From assembly GCA_964016885.1 (NCBI GenBank), contig OZ024744.1, forward strand, positions 41,974,001 through 42,038,000: DNA of 64,000 nucleotides, written 5' to 3'. Below, piece by piece: positions 58,957 to 64,000 of this stretch. Made by a program: the position numbers and the translations under genes. This stretch comes from Eledone cirrhosa. Its lineage: Eukaryota. The notes beneath the pieces are model-generated. The model did not search any database. It was given only the letters and a program-made list of their open reading frames with translations, and was not told the DNA's origin. Each line of letters starts with the position of its first letter. Within the stretch, counting starts at the first letter, position 1.

Positions 58957-61900
58957 ATGACCCTCCCCAAATATAACAATATCTGTTTCGACACACGATT
59001 TCATATAAAAAACCTCGCAAAACTAATTCATCGCCGCTATGGCATTAGCTTGTGCCAAGCTGAAAGGTTATTGAAAGACACTGTTTTCTGTTATATAAAA
59101 ACTACAATAACAACAGAACAAATCCGCTTCTTAAAACACTGTGTTTCCTCCAAAACATACACAACAAACATATCAAAACAAGTAAATAATTTATTATTGA
59201 ACAAAACACAAGCTGAACGGCTAAAACACACAATAACAGTTAATATGAAAAGAACAACATACACAAAAGTCAACGCACTCTACAGACAAAAACGCATCAA
59301 CGGTAAGGAAATCCGAAATCTCATCACAGCAAACGAGAGAGATGACTTCATGAGCGTCATCCGACGCGAAACGAAATATGCTCAAAACGAATGCTGTAGG
59401 CATTTCAAGAAGAAATTAGAATGGATGAATAAGAAAAAACTACAAGAAAGGAAAATCGAATATTCTCAAAAATACCCAGATAACATCGACAACATCCGTA
59501 TGAGTGATGTAAAACTACCGGAAGAATTTACCAATGACCACACAGTAAATATCTATGGGAACACTTTAATCAGTGAACAAGAACAACAAATCCTAAAGTT
59601 ACCACCAAAATTTGCCATCTACAAAAAGATTAACCCTATGGAATGCAAAACGGAGCTGGAAAAGTGTTTCACAAAAATACGTTGGAATGCAAAGGTAAAC
59701 AACAACAACAATAATAACGGTAGTAGTAATATAAACAATAACTCTGGGTATAGAAATAACAGCCATAACCATAACAATGGCAGGAAAGTGAGAAATAGTG
59801 ATAATAGTAATAATACTAGCGATAGACAGAACAACAACAACCACAATAATAATAATAATAGAAACGTTAACCACAGACACAGCAACAGTGACCACAGTAG
59901 TAATAACGGTAACAATACGAACAACAACAACAACAATAACCACAGTGGTAATAATGGAAATAGTACATGTAGCAACATCAACAAAAACAAGAAACATAAT
60001 AATAGTAACAACCACAATGGTAGAAATAGCAGTAACAACAACAACAATAACGGTGAAGTAAACAACAATACATCTAGCAATCATAACAATAATAATATTA
60101 ATGCTAATGATAGAAACAACAACAACCACCATGATAACAATAATAGCAACACACACAACTATGACGATAGAAATAACGACAACCCCTTAGAGAAACTATT
60201 TTTCAACCCAGCTGACAAAACATATAAGATGGGTAATATCTATCCTACGAGGTTACCCTTTAATAAAAGAGTTTGCATACCACAGCAAATAGATGACGAG
60301 ACGGAGGCACAGTTCACCATAGCTAGAAATAAGATTAGACAAGTAGTAGACAGGTACACTATGAGACAGAGCAGACCAGAGGCCCAACAACTTGGGATAA
60401 AACCTGTAGAAGGCTTGGTTAGCCTCAAGCAGCGCACAAGGGATGGTGAGGTAGTGTGTCTACCCACAGATAAGTCTGGTAGGATGTCAATAGATAGCAT
60501 GCCGAACTACATCGAGGCAATGCAACCCCACATCACCAACACGAGCGAAGTTGCACAACTAACACACGATGGGAGAGAAAAAATCCTCAACGCTCACATG
60601 ATGATGTGGACTGACATCCTAAAGCCAAGCAGACGCACTGCCAACAACTTCCAGGCGTCTAACAATGGCATACCACCCTTGTATGGGCTCCGCAAAGACC
60701 ACAAGACAGTCGACGACCCGACAACAGGACCACCAACAAGACCCGTATGCGGAGCTAATATAGCTAGCAACTACAGGATCTCCTACTTCCTCTCAATGGT
60801 TATACGCCCCATAATCAAGATGTCCCCAGATGTATGTGAAAGTACAGAGGACCTCCTCAGCAGAATCAGTGAGTGCAACAAAAACAGGAGCCTATCCAAC
60901 TGCATAATAGGCAGCATGGATGTGGTGTCACTGTACCCATCCATTAACATTGATTTTGCTGTGAAAAGATGTGTGGAGATGATCATTGAGAGTGAGGTGG
61001 AGTTCTGCGACGTCGACACAGACGAACTGGGCCTCCTACTTAGACTTACCTACGACACTGACTACCTAGACAGCCATGACCTTAGATGTTTCTGCCCTAG
61101 TAGACCTATAAGAGGTAGACCCCCCACCATAACCTCAATGGCTAAAAAGACTCCCATAGGAAGGTGGATTGGGTGGACCAAAGCTATACGGACCCCCCAA
61201 AACACTGATCAGGTAAGAAAAATGGTCGCACATGCAATAGGGGCTAGTATCAAAACTACCCTAAAGGGCCACATATTTAAGTTCAATGAGAAAATCTACA
61301 CCCAAAATGAGGGAGCAGCCATCGGCGTCAGCATAGCTGGTGATGTTGCCAACCTTTTCATGGTATGGTGGGAAAGGAGACTTAAAGATCTCCTCCTTAA
61401 TGAAAGCTCCATAGACCTCATCATGTACTCTCGTTATGTAGACGATATCAATATAGTTATAAGAACACCCCCACTAGAGAGCACTAACAAGTTTGATTTA
61501 GAACGTAGCACGATGGAAAGCATCCAGCAGATAGCTAATTCCATACACCAGAGTATAACTGTAACTATAGACTTCCCTTCCAAACACCCTAACAATAGAC
61601 TACCTGTATTAGACACAGAACTCTGGATTAACACTATAGACGAGAGAGCCCAAATTCTCCACTCACACTATGCTAAACCCATGGCCTCCAAATACCTGAT
61701 ACTCAAAAACTCAGCAATGTCCAGTAGTGCTAAGTTTAATATTCTGATCGCAGATTTGGTACGAGTGATGAAGAATGTGTCCAGCATGTGCGACCCAACA
61801 GAAATGGAAGGACACATCCAACACTTCATCAACCGCATGCAGTTCTCTGGCTACAACCAAAGAGACAGAGTCAGAGTATACGAAGGAGCCATGGAAAAGT

Positions 61901-62596
61901 ATAAGACCCTCATAGAACTGGACATGAAAGGAATTTGCCCACTATACAGGAGCAAATCATGGAATAGCTTAGATAGGGCTAGACATAAGATAGGGAAGGC
62001 CACATCATGGTACGACAACCAGAGATATCAGAGTGTCATGTTTGTGGACGGACGCCACCCCTGGAGGGAAATTAGCTAACCAGTGTAGAAAGGCCCTGAG
62101 AAAGACCCACTTAAAAATAAAGGTGGTAGAAAAGCCAGGAACCACCATAAAATCCCTGATCAGCAAAACCTACCCTTTTAAGAAAACCCACTGTACCAAT
62201 AGGAAATGTATCATATGTAAGGTGAACCCCCGGATAAACTGTAAAACTAGAAACGTAGTCTATAGCATAAGATGTACAGAGGGTACTTGCAGAAACACGA
62301 CAACAACATACATAGGTGAGACAGCTCGTAGCATAGGTGAAAGGATAGACCAACACTGGGGGGAACTAAAAGGACGAAAAAACGGGTCAGTACTATACGA
62401 ACATGCTAGACAACAACATGACGGTAACATAGACAACATAGAAATTAGAATAATATCTAAACATAGGAATGACCCAGCAGATAGGCAAATCAGAGAGGCC
62501 AGTGAAATAGAAATTAGAAGACCAAAGCTAAACAGAAAGAATGAGTGGAACAACAACAACACCCAAACAAACAACACTGACCTAAGAGAAGTATAA
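58957..62596 (+). pseudogene. PLE unit frameshifted between RT and EN by a 4-bp duplication
   Basis: gtggacggacgcc at ~62044-62056 versus gtggacgcc in other units. Confidence 0.9.
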
Positions 62597-63108
62597 ATAA
62601 ATAAGTAAATTAAATTAAATAAATAAAATAAGATAAATAAATACATACACAAGCACATAAACACACACTAGTCACCCAGCAGACACAACACTATACACAC
62701 TAGTCACACTAGTCACACATAACACTATACACACACGCAAACGCATGCGCAAAGAAGACAAAATAAAATAAGATAAACAAACAAGCAAATAAATAAATAA
62801 ATATATAGACAGACTGAACAAAAAAAAAATGGCGTAGACATACAACACAACAGGAGGAACAATGAATATAACACCACTGACGATGTTGCAGATGTGCAAC
62901 GAAAGATTTATGTAAATTATGTAAACTATATATATGTGTGTTTGTCTATATTGTATCTGTATTATTTTTGACCGCCGGTCAGTCAATGGCAACATTGAGG
63001 ACCGAGTAAGTTAGATCGCAGATATATATATATAAAAGACAGCGAGAAGCGAAAACCAACCAAACAGTGAGTGTGTTCTGTTATTAATTCTGGCAATATT
63101 ACGCAAAT

Positions 63109-64000
63109 ATGACCCTCCCCAAATATAACAATATCTGTTTCGACACACGATTTCATATAAAAAACCTCGCAAAACTAATTCATCGCCGCTATGGCATTAG
63201 CTTGTGCCAAGCTGAAAGGTTATTGAAAGACACTGTTTTCTGTTATATAAAAACTACAATAACAACAGAACAAATCCGCTTCTTAAAACACTGTGTTTCC
63301 TCCAAAACATACACAACAAACATATCAAAACAAGTAAATAATTTATTATTGAACAAAACACAAGCTGAACGGCTAAAACACACAATAACAGTTAATATGA
63401 AAAGAACAACATACACAAAAGTCAACGCACTCTACAGACAAAAACGCATCAACGGTAAGGAAATCCGAAATCTCATCACAGCAAACGAGAGAGATGACTT
63501 CATGAGCGTCATCCGACGCGAAACGAAATATGCTCAAAACGAATGCTGTAGGCATTTCAAGAAGAAATTAGAATGGATGAATAAGAAAAAACTACAAGAA
63601 AGGAAAATCGAATATTCTCAAAAATACCCAGATAACATCGACAACATCCGTATGAGTGATGTAAAACTACCGGAAGAATTTACCAATGACCACACAGTAA
63701 ATATCTATGGGAACACTTTAATCAGTGAACAAGAACAACAAATCCTAAAGTTACCACCAAAATTTGCCATCTACAAAAAGATTAACCCTATGGAATGCAA
63801 AACGGAGCTGGAAAAGTGTTTCACAAAAATACGTTGGAATGCAAAGGTAAACAACAACAACAATAATAACGGTAGTAGTAATATAAACAATAACTCTGGG
63901 TATAGAAATAACAGCCATAACCATAACAATGGCAGGAAAGTGAGAAATAGTGATAATAGTAATAATACTAGCGATAGACAGAACAACAACAACCACAATA
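63109..64000 (+). CDS. PLE RT-EN N-terminus, truncated by the window edge
   Basis: ATGACCCTCCCCAAATAT at 63109; sequence follows the unit consensus. Confidence 0.88.
   Translation, partial: MTLPKYNNICFDTRFHIKNLAKLIHRRYGISLCQAERLLKDTVFCYIKTTITTEQIRFLKHCVSSKTYTTNISKQVNNLLLNKTQAERLKHTITVNMKRTTYTKVNALYRQKRINGKEIRNLITANERDDFMSVIRRETKYAQNECCRHFKKKLEWMNKKKLQERKIEYSQKYPDNIDNIRMSDVKLPEEFTNDHTVNIYGNTLISEQEQQILKLPPKFAIYKKINPMECKTELEKCFTKIRWNAKVNNNNNNNGSSNINNNSGYRNNSHNHNNGRKVRNSDNSNNTSDRQNNNNHN

Larger units (their letters stand above)
29927..64000. mobile_element. Giant inverted plus tandem array of a Neptune-like PLE (unit ~4146 bp), running off the window
   Basis: ATGs at 34100(-), 38275, 42373, 46519, 50665, 54811, 58957 and 63109(+); ~510-bp inter-ORF segment; left end joins (TA)n. 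Confidence 0.95.

Overview
AT-rich, (TA)n-microsatellite-laden animal DNA with no recognisable host gene. The SINE, RTE and microsatellite make-up suggests an octopus or other coleoid genome (inference). The window is almost entirely mobile DNA, dominated by Penelope-like elements (PLEs; RT plus C-terminal GIY-YIG endonuclease). Bases 1-29.9 kb hold three Naiad-type PLEs, several short PLE-end fold-back remnants, a decayed RTE LINE, tRNA-derived SINEs, and Helitron and Gypsy fragments. From about 29.93 kb to the window end lies a >34 kb array of a Neptune-like PLE. It has near-identical ~4146-bp head-to-tail units encoding a 1211-aa Asn-rich RT-EN protein. Two units point left and at least seven point right, meeting at a junction made of a triplicated 27-bp unit with a 14-bp palindrome at the unit boundaries. 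At least six distinct hammerhead-ribozyme (HHR) designs mark PLE ends, two with unusually long stem II insertions. Clade names come from motifs read by eye, RNA structures were folded by hand, and element boundaries are approximate.
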